Source of the DNA: Candidatus Helarchaeota archaeon
GTDB taxonomy: Archaea > Asgardarchaeota > Lokiarchaeia > Helarchaeales > RDOG01
Length of the DNA: 64,000 nt
Direction: 5' to 3'
NCBI GenBank assembly: GCA_019058315.1
Contig: JAHPZH010000001.1
Coordinates: 1,105,432-1,169,431, forward strand
Position 1 is the first letter of the stretch, and each line of letters starts with the position of its first letter. Below, in pieces: positions 30,530 through 40,147 of the stretch. Under the pieces are notes generated by a model. The model worked only from the letters and a program-made list of their open reading frames with translations, was not told where the DNA came from and searched no databases. Both the position numbers and the translations under genes were made by a program.

Positions 30530-32326
30530 TTGAATCGGAAAAAACATAAGGGAAAAAAAATAATTAAATTTTTTAGCTTAAAAATAATAATTTTAGTTTC
30601 ATTTCTTATTGCTAATTTCCCAATCTTTTTGAAATCTTCATTTTCTTATAATCAAATAATTAAATTCGATAAAAAATCAGGTGCTTTACTCTTTAAAAGT
30701 TCAAATCATTGGCCATTATACAGCTATCCAGCAGATGGTTGGATTTTAGAAGCGGCTATGTCAGATGATGGTCAATACTTTGTTGTAGGAGCAAGTGAAA
30801 AAGTATTTTTTTATAATAGAAATATTTCGAGAGCTTTATGGGTTTATAACACAGGAGGATGGGTGAGATCTGTAGATATTACAAGAGATGGACAATATAT
30901 TGTTGCAGGGTGCTGGAATAGCAAGATAATCTTATTTAATCGAAGTGGTTCGATAATATGGGAATATAACACATCCGCAACTGTTGAAGGGGTAAGATTT
31001 TCAAAAGACTCTTATTATATTGTGGCAGGAAGTAGAGATAATAATGTTTATTTCTTTAATAGAACCACCAATTCTACACCAAATTGGATTTTTAATGTGG
31101 GTACACAAGTACAATCGGTGGCAATTTCAGAATATGGTAATTATATTGCAGTTGGATCTTATCAGCCAGAATGGAGGGTTCATCTATTAGATAGCTTCAG
31201 TCCCATTGAATTATGGAATTTTACTACTGGAGGAGCTATGTGTTCAATTGAAATGTCCGATGACGGTCAATTTATAGCTTCGGGCTCCTGGAATGAAGTT
31301 AGTTCGGTAAATAATAAATTTTATTTATTTAATAAGTCTCAATCATATCCAGTTTGGACTCATACCACAGGAAAATGGGCTTATGAAGTTGCGATGGATG
31401 CTGATGGGCTTTATTTCGCGGCAGGTGGTGGCGATTGCTATTTATATTTATTTAATAGAACTAGTAATGTTTCTCAGTGGAGCTTTAACACAAAAAGTTT
31501 TGTTACAGCCGTAGCAATATCTGAAAATAGTTCATATGTAATTGGAGGAAATTCTAATGGTGTTATTTACTGTTTCAATAGATCTAGTTCCAAACTATTA
31601 TGGACTTGTCAAGCAAATGATTATATAGATGCATTGGCTATTTCATCCGACAATCAATACATATTAGCTGCAAGCTCCGATATTGGGGACGGTAGAGTTG
31701 AAATTTATCATATAAATAAAATAGGTCCTGAACCTTTAGAAATCATATTTATGAAGTTAAGTTTATTATATGCATTATCCCAGAATTCTGGAACCCCAAA
31801 CCCTATTTTGATTCTCGTAATAATTTCTATTATTATTGGACTAATTTTAATTACATTCGTGTATTTATCGAGAAAAAGTAGATCAAGAGAACAATTCGAT
31901 GAAACTGATTACTTTGAGCATAGACCTACAGAAATATATTCCGAGACAACCTCACGTTTAATTAATTCTCATAAAATAATATGCCCGAATTGCGAAGTGG
32001 AAAATTTTGAGACAGTAAGAAAATGCACTAATTGTGGTACCAAATTCATTCAATGTAATATATGCAAAAGATCTATAGGTAAAGAAGAGATTGTATATTG
32101 TTCTTTTTGCAATACTCCATATCATAAATCTGAATTCCTCGAGTGGTTGAAAGTAAATGCTAGTTGTAAGGTCTGTAAAAGAGAAATGGATATGTGGGAA
32201 TTTCAGAGATATTTAGAAGAATTGGAAAACGGACAGATAGATATTTCAAAAAAATGCAATAATTGCCATAAATCTATACCAAAAGATGCGAATTTTTGTA
32301 TTTATTGTGGTGTTAAAACTAATTAA
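30530..32326 (+). CDS. Single-pass receptor-like protein: signal peptide, 8-bladed WD40/PQQ-like propeller, TM, Zn finger, RING-like domain, Zn ribbon
   Basis: 8 repeats W.(Y/F).T...V..VAISxDGxYIxAG; TM at about 31802-31870; Cys/His modules at 31982-32310. Confidence 0.85.
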   Translation: MNRKKHKGKKIIKFFSLKIIILVSFLIANFPIFLKSSFSYNQIIKFDKKSGALLFKSSNHWPLYSYPADGWILEAAMSDDGQYFVVGASEKVFFYNRNISRALWVYNTGGWVRSVDITRDGQYIVAGCWNSKIILFNRSGSIIWEYNTSATVEGVRFSKDSYYIVAGSRDNNVYFFNRTTNSTPNWIFNVGTQVQSVAISEYGNYIAVGSYQPEWRVHLLDSFSPIELWNFTTGGAMCSIEMSDDGQFIASGSWNEVSSVNNKFYLFNKSQSYPVWTHTTGKWAYEVAMDADGLYFAAGGGDCYLYLFNRTSNVSQWSFNTKSFVTAVAISENSSYVIGGNSNGVIYCFNRSSSKLLWTCQANDYIDALAISSDNQYILAASSDIGDGRVEIYHINKIGPEPLEIIFMKLSLLYALSQNSGTPNPILILVIISIIIGLILITFVYLSRKSRSREQFDETDYFEHRPTEIYSETTSRLINSHKIICPNCEVENFETVRKCTNCGTKFIQCNICKRSIGKEEIVYCSFCNTPYHKSEFLEWLKVNASCKVCKREMDMWEFQRYLEELENGQIDISKKCNNCHKSIPKDANFCIYCGVKTN

Positions 32327-32339
32327 TCAATTCAATTAT

Positions 32340-33125
32340 ATGATTTATATGCCAGTTTATACAGATTTAGCACGATTTCAAACGATGATAAGCTTATTTA
32401 TTTTTTTCATAATAGTTGGGATAATCAGATATTTAATTAGAAGGAATTCAGGGAAGATAATATTTGATATAATTTTATTATTTTTTATTTTAGGTTGGAA
32501 TGGGATTGTATGGGAGGTATTTTATCAAGGGAAAACTTATGTCTTTTTTGCAATGGGGTATTCAATTTTAACTTTGAGCATTCTACTCTATTTAATAATT
32601 TTTAGAAAACGTGTCTATCCTGAAAAACCTGAACCAGTTATTACACAAGAATATTCAGATACTTCAACAACAGTTATTGGATTAGATAATGAAATAGAGC
32701 AACCATTATCTTTGGAGGTAAGTGATGACCAATTAGATGATGATTTAATAGATTATTTCAATCCAATTGTTTGCCCAACATGTGGTAAAGAAAATGTAGG
32801 TGGTACAAAAGTTTGTGGCTCTTGTGACACTGAATTTCCTATATGTATTATTTGTAATAAACCGATAAATAAAGATGATATTGTTTTTTGCCCATTTTGT
32901 AAGCAAACTTATCATAAATTAGAATTTTTTGAGTGGTTAAAGACAGAAGAAGCATGTAAAAAATGTTTAAGAGCATTAGAATTATCAGAAATTTTGGAAA
33001 TTTTTAAGCAAGAAAGTGAACCTATTGAAACTTCATTTTTATGCCCTATCTGTAAAAAATTAATCCCGAATGATTCCCATTTCTGTATTTATTGTGGCAG
33101 TCGAATTCATGACTATTCAGATTGA
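32340..33125 (+). CDS. 3-TM membrane protein with Zn finger, RING-like domain and Zn ribbon
   Basis: In-frame ATG at 32340 or 32349, just after the upstream stop; three hydrophobic helices, acidic linker, Cys/His modules at 32772-33097. Confidence 0.85.
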   Translation: MIYMPVYTDLARFQTMISLFIFFIIVGIIRYLIRRNSGKIIFDIILLFFILGWNGIVWEVFYQGKTYVFFAMGYSILTLSILLYLIIFRKRVYPEKPEPVITQEYSDTSTTVIGLDNEIEQPLSLEVSDDQLDDDLIDYFNPIVCPTCGKENVGGTKVCGSCDTEFPICIICNKPINKDDIVFCPFCKQTYHKLEFFEWLKTEEACKKCLRALELSEILEIFKQESEPIETSFLCPICKKLIPNDSHFCIYCGSRIHDYSD

Positions 33126-33155
33126 GGAAATGGATATTTACATTAAATTTTTTAA

Positions 33156-34778
33156 TTATTGTTGAATATCAAGCATTAGTCGTTTGAATTGCTCAGGTGG
33201 ACATCCCTCTTCTTTCAAAGCTTTGGTCAATTTAGCAATCATTTTCTTTTCTATTTCTAATGTTTCTGGTTGCCCTGCAAGATTATTTTGAAAATTCGGA
33301 TCTTTTTTCCTATCAAATAAATAGTTTTGCTTATTTTTTTTAGACTGTCCTCCACCCATAACCATAAAAATTGGTGCAGGAATTTTCCATTGAGGTATTT
33401 TTACTCCAGGAATATAATATCCAGATTCGATATCTTTCGCGAAACTTTGAACTAACTCTTCAGCTTTTTCAAAACTAAGTTTTAGACCAAAAATTTCAGA
33501 ATATCTACAAATAGTTCCAGGAGATAACATAAGGGGAAAAACAGATGAATATTGATATATTTTCTTATTAGCATTAAAACCTCTTATATATGTATGATCC
33601 AACGTTGTTAAGCATGCACCGCTTCCAAAAATTCCATATAACATATAATCTCTTATGGTTTTGACCTCGTCTTTGAGTACTGGTATAAGTGATTTTCCAT
33701 CTATAAACATATTTTCATCTAATTTTTTACCTAATACATCTAATATAGTAGCTCGAATATCAACTATAGTTGAAAATGTTGTATCTATTCGTCTATTGCC
33801 CTTGATTTCAGGATGATAAATAATTAGAGGAATATTTGCAACATCTTCGAAGATTGGATGACCTTTACCGTATTGTTTGATTTTTTTATGTGGTTCAGCG
33901 AGTGCATGCCCATGATCTGTGGTCACAATAACACATGTATTTTTCCATAAATTGTATTGATCCATTTTCTCCCATATTTTGCCCAGCCATGCATCTACCA
34001 TAGATATTTTTCCACTATATTGGTTTCTAACAAATTGTAATTCTTCTTCTGAGGCTTCTTCAAAAAATTTCTTTAACATTCTAGCATTTTGGTAAGGAGG
34101 CCAGCAGGTAAAATTTTCATTATATGGTCCGTACATGGAACGATATGGTTCTGGGATATACCAAGGTTCATGTGGATCAAAACTTTCAATATGTAAAAAG
34201 AATTTTTCATGGGAATGATTCCTATCTAACCAATTACAAGCTGCTTGGATAACTTTTGGGGCATGAAAATCTTTTTCATCTTCAAAATGTTTTACATTTC
34301 TATAATAATGGGCATTTAATTTCGCAGGAGGTCTCCATTTGAGGTATGCTTTTACCCAATTAGGAAAGTTTTCTGGATCCTCAAGAGGTTCGCTAGAACT
34401 CACATCATACTCGTGTCCACGTATGAGATTTGTGAAAGAGTAATTCTCGTGGTATCCATGAACTCCCGTCCCCGGTTCCCAATAATGATAATGATCCGTA
34501 ACTAATGCAGTTACAGCTCCTAATCTTTCTGCTTCGTTCGGTAACAAACGATCAAATGGTTCTACAGCCCCCCAAAACTTCCATAAAAACTCATTCTTTC
34601 TTCCTGAAAAGAGTTCCCTTCTAGCAGGCATACAAGGAGCAGACCCTATAAAGTGATGATCAAAAACCACCCCTTTTTTAGCGAGTTTTGTAAGATTAGG
34701 AGTTTTGACTATTTTATTATCATAAGATTCAATATAGGATTTATTTAAACTATCTAAAAGGATAAAAATAACATTCAT
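33156..34778 (-). CDS. Cys-type sulfatase
   Basis: ILLDSL, SAPCMPARRELFSG (CxPxR), FDPHEPW, TTDHGH. Confidence 0.92.
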   Translation of the reverse strand: MNVIFILLDSLNKSYIESYDNKIVKTPNLTKLAKKGVVFDHHFIGSAPCMPARRELFSGRKNEFLWKFWGAVEPFDRLLPNEAERLGAVTALVTDHYHYWEPGTGVHGYHENYSFTNLIRGHEYDVSSSEPLEDPENFPNWVKAYLKWRPPAKLNAHYYRNVKHFEDEKDFHAPKVIQAACNWLDRNHSHEKFFLHIESFDPHEPWYIPEPYRSMYGPYNENFTCWPPYQNARMLKKFFEEASEEELQFVRNQYSGKISMVDAWLGKIWEKMDQYNLWKNTCVIVTTDHGHALAEPHKKIKQYGKGHPIFEDVANIPLIIYHPEIKGNRRIDTTFSTIVDIRATILDVLGKKLDENMFIDGKSLIPVLKDEVKTIRDYMLYGIFGSGACLTTLDHTYIRGFNANKKIYQYSSVFPLMLSPGTICRYSEIFGLKLSFEKAEELVQSFAKDIESGYYIPGVKIPQWKIPAPIFMVMGGGQSKKNKQNYLFDRKKDPNFQNNLAGQPETLEIEKKMIAKLTKALKEEGCPPEQFKRLMLDIQQ

Positions 34779-34877
34779 TTTCTCATAAACTCCTAATTTT
34801 TTAAATTAAATCAACTTTAATAGATTTAATTAATACCTGATGTCCTTAAAAGAACCTGTTATTTATGCTGTATTAGG

Positions 34878-36074
34878 TTATATTTTAACTAATTTATAAT
34901 TTAGATTTCCGATTTTATTTTTCACTGCAGCATTAAACTGGAATGAAGTATCAGAAAGAGGCATGAGTGTATGGAATTTTTCTATTCCTGGTCCTAAGGA
35001 GTCTACCCATTTTCCGTCTTTATCCATTTTTGGAACTCCTGGCGCTGCAGTTTCTGCATCAACACATGCTTTATCAACTGCAACCGGGTCTACCGATCCA
35101 AAGATTCCCAAATCAGGGACAATTGGTGGCCCTGGATTGGAAGCACAATCACAATTTAAGACAACATCTAGGGCAAAATTTATGTAACGTATATTCTCTG
35201 GTCCAAACCCTGTAATTACTCCTTTAGCATTATCAATAAACCGATCAACAAAATCTGGAACATTTCTCCAATTTGAATTTATTGCTCGTTTTACCTTACA
35301 ATAATCATTACATGCCATACATCCGACACAAGAATCATCAATCATCAAAGTATCACTATTATATTTAATAGCACCAACTGGACAAACTTCTAAACAAATT
35401 TTATCACAGTCTGCATTCGCACATTTTTTCGGATTTATTTGAATACCATCGAAATGTGCGCGAAATTTATTCCGTTTAGTAACACATCCAATTCCTAACT
35501 GTTTAAGCGCACCACCAAATGCAGCCTGTCCGTGTCCTTTAAAATGGGCTATTACGATCATCTTATCGAAATCAAACAATCCTTTCCCAACAGAAACGTC
35601 TTTAAAATGGATACCATCAATTTTAATTATTTTTCCATCAATACCTTTTTCTCCATCTATAAATTTCAAAGGAGCACCAATTGTAGATTCTGAATAACCA
35701 TGTAATTGTGCAATATTTTCATGTTCTGATTCAGTTTTTCTAACACCCATGCAAATTACATGCTCATCTGACATTTTAATATGCTGTACTTTCATACCTA
35801 GTCCCATTGTTTCAATTAAAGTCGGAATACCACCCAAAGATTTTACAAAATCAACCACTTCATGTACATAGTCATGACGTAAATAACGAGTGTTATATCC
35901 CTCTCCAACATGGACTTTTATAGCAACTTTATCTCCAGGATTAATATTATCTAAAATTTTTTCTAAAATCAGACGGGTCTTTATTAAATTGTTAGTAACC
36001 ATATTTTTTTTTGTGTTTTTAAGAGCAACCACTTCATTTGGTAATGCCCAATATACAATAGATTCGTTTGACAT
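34878..36074 (-). CDS. DUF362 family protein with ferredoxin-type [4Fe-4S] domain
   Basis: VAIKVHVGE, AHFKGH..FGGALKQLGIGC, CLEVCPVGAI/CVGCMAC, CDC, DPVAVDKAC. Confidence 0.88.
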   Translation of the reverse strand: MSNESIVYWALPNEVVALKNTKKNMVTNNLIKTRLILEKILDNINPGDKVAIKVHVGEGYNTRYLRHDYVHEVVDFVKSLGGIPTLIETMGLGMKVQHIKMSDEHVICMGVRKTESEHENIAQLHGYSESTIGAPLKFIDGEKGIDGKIIKIDGIHFKDVSVGKGLFDFDKMIVIAHFKGHGQAAFGGALKQLGIGCVTKRNKFRAHFDGIQINPKKCANADCDKICLEVCPVGAIKYNSDTLMIDDSCVGCMACNDYCKVKRAINSNWRNVPDFVDRFIDNAKGVITGFGPENIRYINFALDVVLNCDCASNPGPPIVPDLGIFGSVDPVAVDKACVDAETAAPGVPKMDKDGKWVDSLGPGIEKFHTLMPLSDTSFQFNAAVKNKIGNLNYKLVKI

Positions 36075-36123
36075 AATAAATCACAAAAAATTATTTGATT
36101 TAGTTATTTCTTAAATTAATTAT

Positions 36124-37344
36124 TTAATCCGCATCAATCCTTTTAATAAATTCTATTAAGATTTGATAACAATTCCAAAGATTATTAAATTCTATTTTTT
36201 CAATTGTATCATTTGTAGTATGATAATGGGTGGGAAATCCTTTTTTTGGCATACTTATAATTGAACAAGCTCTAATCTTATTTTGTGAATAAGCCATAGA
36301 ATCCGTATATGCCTCAATTGATCCTTTTAGATAGGGTATTTTTAAGTCCTCAAATATTTTAGATAAGAAAGCTATTAATTCTTTAGAATGTTTAACAATA
36401 AACATTGACTCTGATGTAACTAATTTTAATATTTGTCCTTTCCCTCCAAGCATATCTAAATTAATAGCAAAGGCTTGATTCTTATTTAATTCATTACAAT
36501 ATTTTTTAGAAAATCGTTTACTTCCTCGATCACCCCACTCTTCGCAACCATGAGAAACAATCCAGATTTCTACATTTTTCAATTTATTATCTTGTAAAAA
36601 TTTAGCTATTGATATTAGAACTGCAATTGCGCTTAAATTATCATCTACTCCCATAACTGGTGTATTAGAAACAACATTAAATGCAGTATAAATTAAAATA
36701 GGGCTGATTAAGGATAAAAAAATAAGAAGAATTAAATCAATTTCTTGTAAAAAAAGAAAATAATATGATAAAAAGTGTAAAACTATTTTTAAAATAAAAA
36801 TCCCAACCATTAAATGATTTATAATAACTGAAAAAGCCATAAATATACCGAAAAGAATGGGAGATTTTTTGAGTATTTTAAATTCACAATTTGAATCATG
36901 ATGTCCACCAAAAATTATAATTCTTTTTGCTTCATTTTCTGGTTTAAATTTCCCCAAAACATTGAAAGACTGATTTTTTTTAAAAAGAGGGTCGATTAAT
37001 TCGATATTACGAAATAAATTACTTTGGATTATAATTACAGATATCAAAACTAGAATTAAAGAACTTATTAGAAGCAATTTATTTGGATTAAAGTAATATA
37101 TCCAATAAAAGATTGTAGAAATGACCAAATTTAACATTGGAATTCGAAAAGTTGCTTTATAAGAACTTGGATGGCAATAAAATTCTTCTATTTTTGTATC
37201 ATTAGTGTATTTTTTTAATTCATTCTCAACATAATTTGCGCATTCAGCTTCTTTTTTGGAACATGGAGATCTTGGTCCTATTTTTTCACATATATCTTGA
37301 ATAATAAAATGCATGTATTTGATTATTTCATTTTTTTGTTCCAT
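36124..37344 (-). CDS. Membrane-embedded M28 family metallopeptidase
   Basis: IGPRSPCS..E, GGHHDS, GVDDNLSA, CEEWG, NLD, YTD, YHTTND; about 4 TMs; ATG (MEQK) at 37344 preferred over track start 37395. Confidence 0.88.
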   Translation of the reverse strand: MEQKNEIIKYMHFIIQDICEKIGPRSPCSKKEAECANYVENELKKYTNDTKIEEFYCHPSSYKATFRIPMLNLVISTIFYWIYYFNPNKLLLISSLILVLISVIIIQSNLFRNIELIDPLFKKNQSFNVLGKFKPENEAKRIIIFGGHHDSNCEFKILKKSPILFGIFMAFSVIINHLMVGIFILKIVLHFLSYYFLFLQEIDLILLIFLSLISPILIYTAFNVVSNTPVMGVDDNLSAIAVLISIAKFLQDNKLKNVEIWIVSHGCEEWGDRGSKRFSKKYCNELNKNQAFAINLDMLGGKGQILKLVTSESMFIVKHSKELIAFLSKIFEDLKIPYLKGSIEAYTDSMAYSQNKIRACSIISMPKKGFPTHYHTTNDTIEKIEFNNLWNCYQILIEFIKRIDAD

Positions 37345-37387
37345 AAGAATTCCTTGAGAGAATTTAAGAATCTTATAATTAAATTTA

Positions 37388-38608
37388 CTATTCAAGACTA
37401 TTTACAATAATTTCTAATAGATCGAAAACTTCAATTGTTTTCTCAGAGTTCAATTCTTCTACTCCATCTTTTAAATTTCTCAAACAAAAAGGGCATGCCG
37501 TAACTAGCATTTCCGAACTTGTTTCAAGAGCTTCTTCAATTCTGGTTTTAGCAATATTAATTGCCAATTCAGGATTTCCAGATTTCAAACCTCCCCCAGC
37601 TCCGCAACACCAAGAATTTTCTTTTATTCGTTTCATTTCGATAAATTCAAGACCTGGAATATGATTTAAAATATAACGTGGAGCATCATAAATTTTTGCG
37701 TGTCGCCCTAGATGACATGGGTCGTGGTAGGTAACTTTTTTTGGAATTTCGTTGATAAGTTTCAATTGTCCATTTTCTAGTAGGTTTTGGATTAATTCTG
37801 TCACATGTAAAACTTTAAAGTTAAAATCTGGTAAAATTTCAGGATAATCTAGTTTAAGTGTTCTATAACAACCTGCACAGTGGGTGATAATATGTGTGGC
37901 CTTTGTCTTCTTAATAGCATCTAAATTATGTTTTGCTAAAGTTTTGGCTAAAGAAATATTTCCTGTTCTTAAAGCAACAGACCCACAACACCATTCATCA
38001 ATTCCTAAAGCAGTATAATTGACATTTGCTACATCTAGAATTTTTATTAGGTTTTGTAAGATATCAGACATTCTATAAGGTTCTGTACAACCCGTAAATA
38101 GAACATATTCAGCTTCTTTTGGGAATTTTTTATCCTTAGGAATCCAATTTACTCTATCTTCATGATTTTCAAAATAAGGATTATAATTTTTTTGACAATA
38201 ATCTAGAATTTCCGAATGTCTAGGAATTGTAAAACCAGCATCAACTAATTCTGCTCTTAATGCTTCCCAAATTTTTGGATGATCCATTATTTGTGAAATC
38301 GGATGTAAAAGAGATGGATGATAAGAATAATTACAAACAATTTTACAAGAACCACAAATCATACATTGGAAAATAATATCTGCCAATTCTTGACTTAATT
38401 CAATATCTCCTTTTAATAAGCCATTTGCAAGCATTATTTTACCACGAGCAAAAAATGGTTCCCATTTTACTGGAATAACTTCACGAACAGGACAAACCTG
38501 ATAACGACCTACTAAGGGTCTTATAGCAGTCCTGCAATCTCCGCATCTATAACATGTTTCTATTAGATCTCTGACTTTTTCTAAATGTTTGTATTTTATT
38601 TCACTCAT
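37388..38608 (-). CDS. Fe-S oxidoreductase, HdrD/GlcF/GlpC family (2x[4Fe-4S] plus 2 CCG domains)
   Basis: CYRCGDC..CP, CMICGSC, WCCG, CAGC, YHDPCHLGR, CCGAGGG, ACPFC. Confidence 0.92.
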   Translation of the reverse strand: MSEIKYKHLEKVRDLIETCYRCGDCRTAIRPLVGRYQVCPVREVIPVKWEPFFARGKIMLANGLLKGDIELSQELADIIFQCMICGSCKIVCNYSYHPSLLHPISQIMDHPKIWEALRAELVDAGFTIPRHSEILDYCQKNYNPYFENHEDRVNWIPKDKKFPKEAEYVLFTGCTEPYRMSDILQNLIKILDVANVNYTALGIDEWCCGSVALRTGNISLAKTLAKHNLDAIKKTKATHIITHCAGCYRTLKLDYPEILPDFNFKVLHVTELIQNLLENGQLKLINEIPKKVTYHDPCHLGRHAKIYDAPRYILNHIPGLEFIEMKRIKENSWCCGAGGGLKSGNPELAINIAKTRIEEALETSSEMLVTACPFCLRNLKDGVEELNSEKTIEVFDLLEIIVNSLE

Positions 38609-40113
38609 TTTTTATCTCCCATTTCAAGCATAAATTTACCAGGACTCAAAATATTATTTGGATCTAGAAGCTTTTTGATTCCTTTCATAAAATTGTAGTA
38701 TTGATCCGTAAAAGCCCCAGTTTTTACTAATTCTCGCGAAGCAATATAACCAAGCATATAATGCATTGCACCAGCTTTTATTACAGTAGCCATTTGTTCC
38801 TTCCATAAATTAAGATTTAGTTCCCTCAATTCTGGGTCAGGAGATGTAACAAAACCTATTGCAAGCTCAACGTTGTTTTCACCAGATAAACCGACAGATC
38901 CACAACCTGTTCCAGCAGGAATTCCAGTCTTTTCTTGTATTTTTGCAAAATCATTAGCATTTTTAGCACCCCATTTATCAATTGCATTTATAATTTCAGG
39001 AAATCTTTTAATTGGGCAGTGAGCTTCGGTACTTAACGATTGAGACCCTTTAGGAATTCCAAATGTATTCTGATAAAAAGAATAATTACCATTTAATTCA
39101 AATGGATATTGAAATTTCGCAAAATTTCCATCTTCTATTTGGGGACCTAGAGGTTGCCCCTTATTTTTTATTACTATTTCATCTAAACTTTCAATATTTG
39201 CCTCTAATTCCCTTTCAGAAAAAGCTTCTGTCGTATAAAAAATAGCAGCTTTAGTCATTTTTTTCCATGGAAAGTAAGTTGGTGGATCCATAGCAGACAT
39301 ACCCATTACAAAGTAATCTGGAAAATAAAAACCATCATAAATTCCAAACCCTCCTTTATTTAACCACTCAAGAAAAATCTTAACACCATATTTCATATTA
39401 CTTCTTTTTAAAACAAAAGTTTTAGCTTCATAAAACGGAGGTTTAGGGTAGATCCGAAGTGTGGCATTCGTTTTAATACCGTAAATTCCATTATCTCCTA
39501 GAAATATTCCCGAAAAATCTGGACCAAAACCATACCGGCTAAATGGTTCTTTAACATATTTACTACAAAGTGACCCTGTATTTATAATGTCTCCTTGGGG
39601 CAAAACAACTTCTAATCCCACTACATGTCTGCAAACAGAACCATATTTTGCTCCCCCACCACCACCAACTGAATTATGGCTCAAACCACCACCAATAACT
39701 GCTGACATTCCAGACCCTGGTCCCATAGCACCAGTGTAGAATCCTTTTTTAAGAAGTTCTGTATTTAATTCGGCCCAAGTGATACCACATTCAGCTGTAA
39801 CAACTTGATCCTCTATATTTATTTCGATTATTTTATTCATACTGGTCATATCAATAACTATGCCCTTATAATGCGGCACAGCTCCACCAAAAAGTCCAGC
39901 CCCACCACCTCTTGGAACGACTGGAATTTCTTCTTTATTTGCAATATGAAGAATATCCGAAATTTCTTCGGAAGTTCTTGGTCGAATTACAAAATCAGGT
40001 AATTCTTGATATATACAATCGCCAGTTTTACTATAGCAATATCTAACGTATTCGTTATTAGTAACTGAGTCAATACCAACTATCTTTTGTAATTTCTCAA
40101 AAATTGAAGTCAT
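38605..40113 (-). CDS. FAD-linked oxidase, GlcD/VAO family
   Basis: PRGGGAGLFGGAVP, GLEVVLPQGD, GIYGIKT, DPNNILSPGK; 4-nt overlap with the Fe-S partner. Confidence 0.9.
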   Translation of the reverse strand: MTSIFEKLQKIVGIDSVTNNEYVRYCYSKTGDCIYQELPDFVIRPRTSEEISDILHIANKEEIPVVPRGGGAGLFGGAVPHYKGIVIDMTSMNKIIEINIEDQVVTAECGITWAELNTELLKKGFYTGAMGPGSGMSAVIGGGLSHNSVGGGGGAKYGSVCRHVVGLEVVLPQGDIINTGSLCSKYVKEPFSRYGFGPDFSGIFLGDNGIYGIKTNATLRIYPKPPFYEAKTFVLKRSNMKYGVKIFLEWLNKGGFGIYDGFYFPDYFVMGMSAMDPPTYFPWKKMTKAAIFYTTEAFSERELEANIESLDEIVIKNKGQPLGPQIEDGNFAKFQYPFELNGNYSFYQNTFGIPKGSQSLSTEAHCPIKRFPEIINAIDKWGAKNANDFAKIQEKTGIPAGTGCGSVGLSGENNVELAIGFVTSPDPELRELNLNLWKEQMATVIKAGAMHYMLGYIASRELVKTGAFTDQYYNFMKGIKKLLDPNNILSPGKFMLEMGDKK

Positions 40114-40147
40114 TTTAAAGCCTCAATATTTAAAATTTATAAATAAT

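Noticed and set aside
32286-32339. Track start of the second RING protein overlapping the first gene
   Set aside because: In-frame ATGs at 32340/32349 follow the upstream stop. No evidence the two genes are a frameshifted fusion, since each has a complete C-terminal module.
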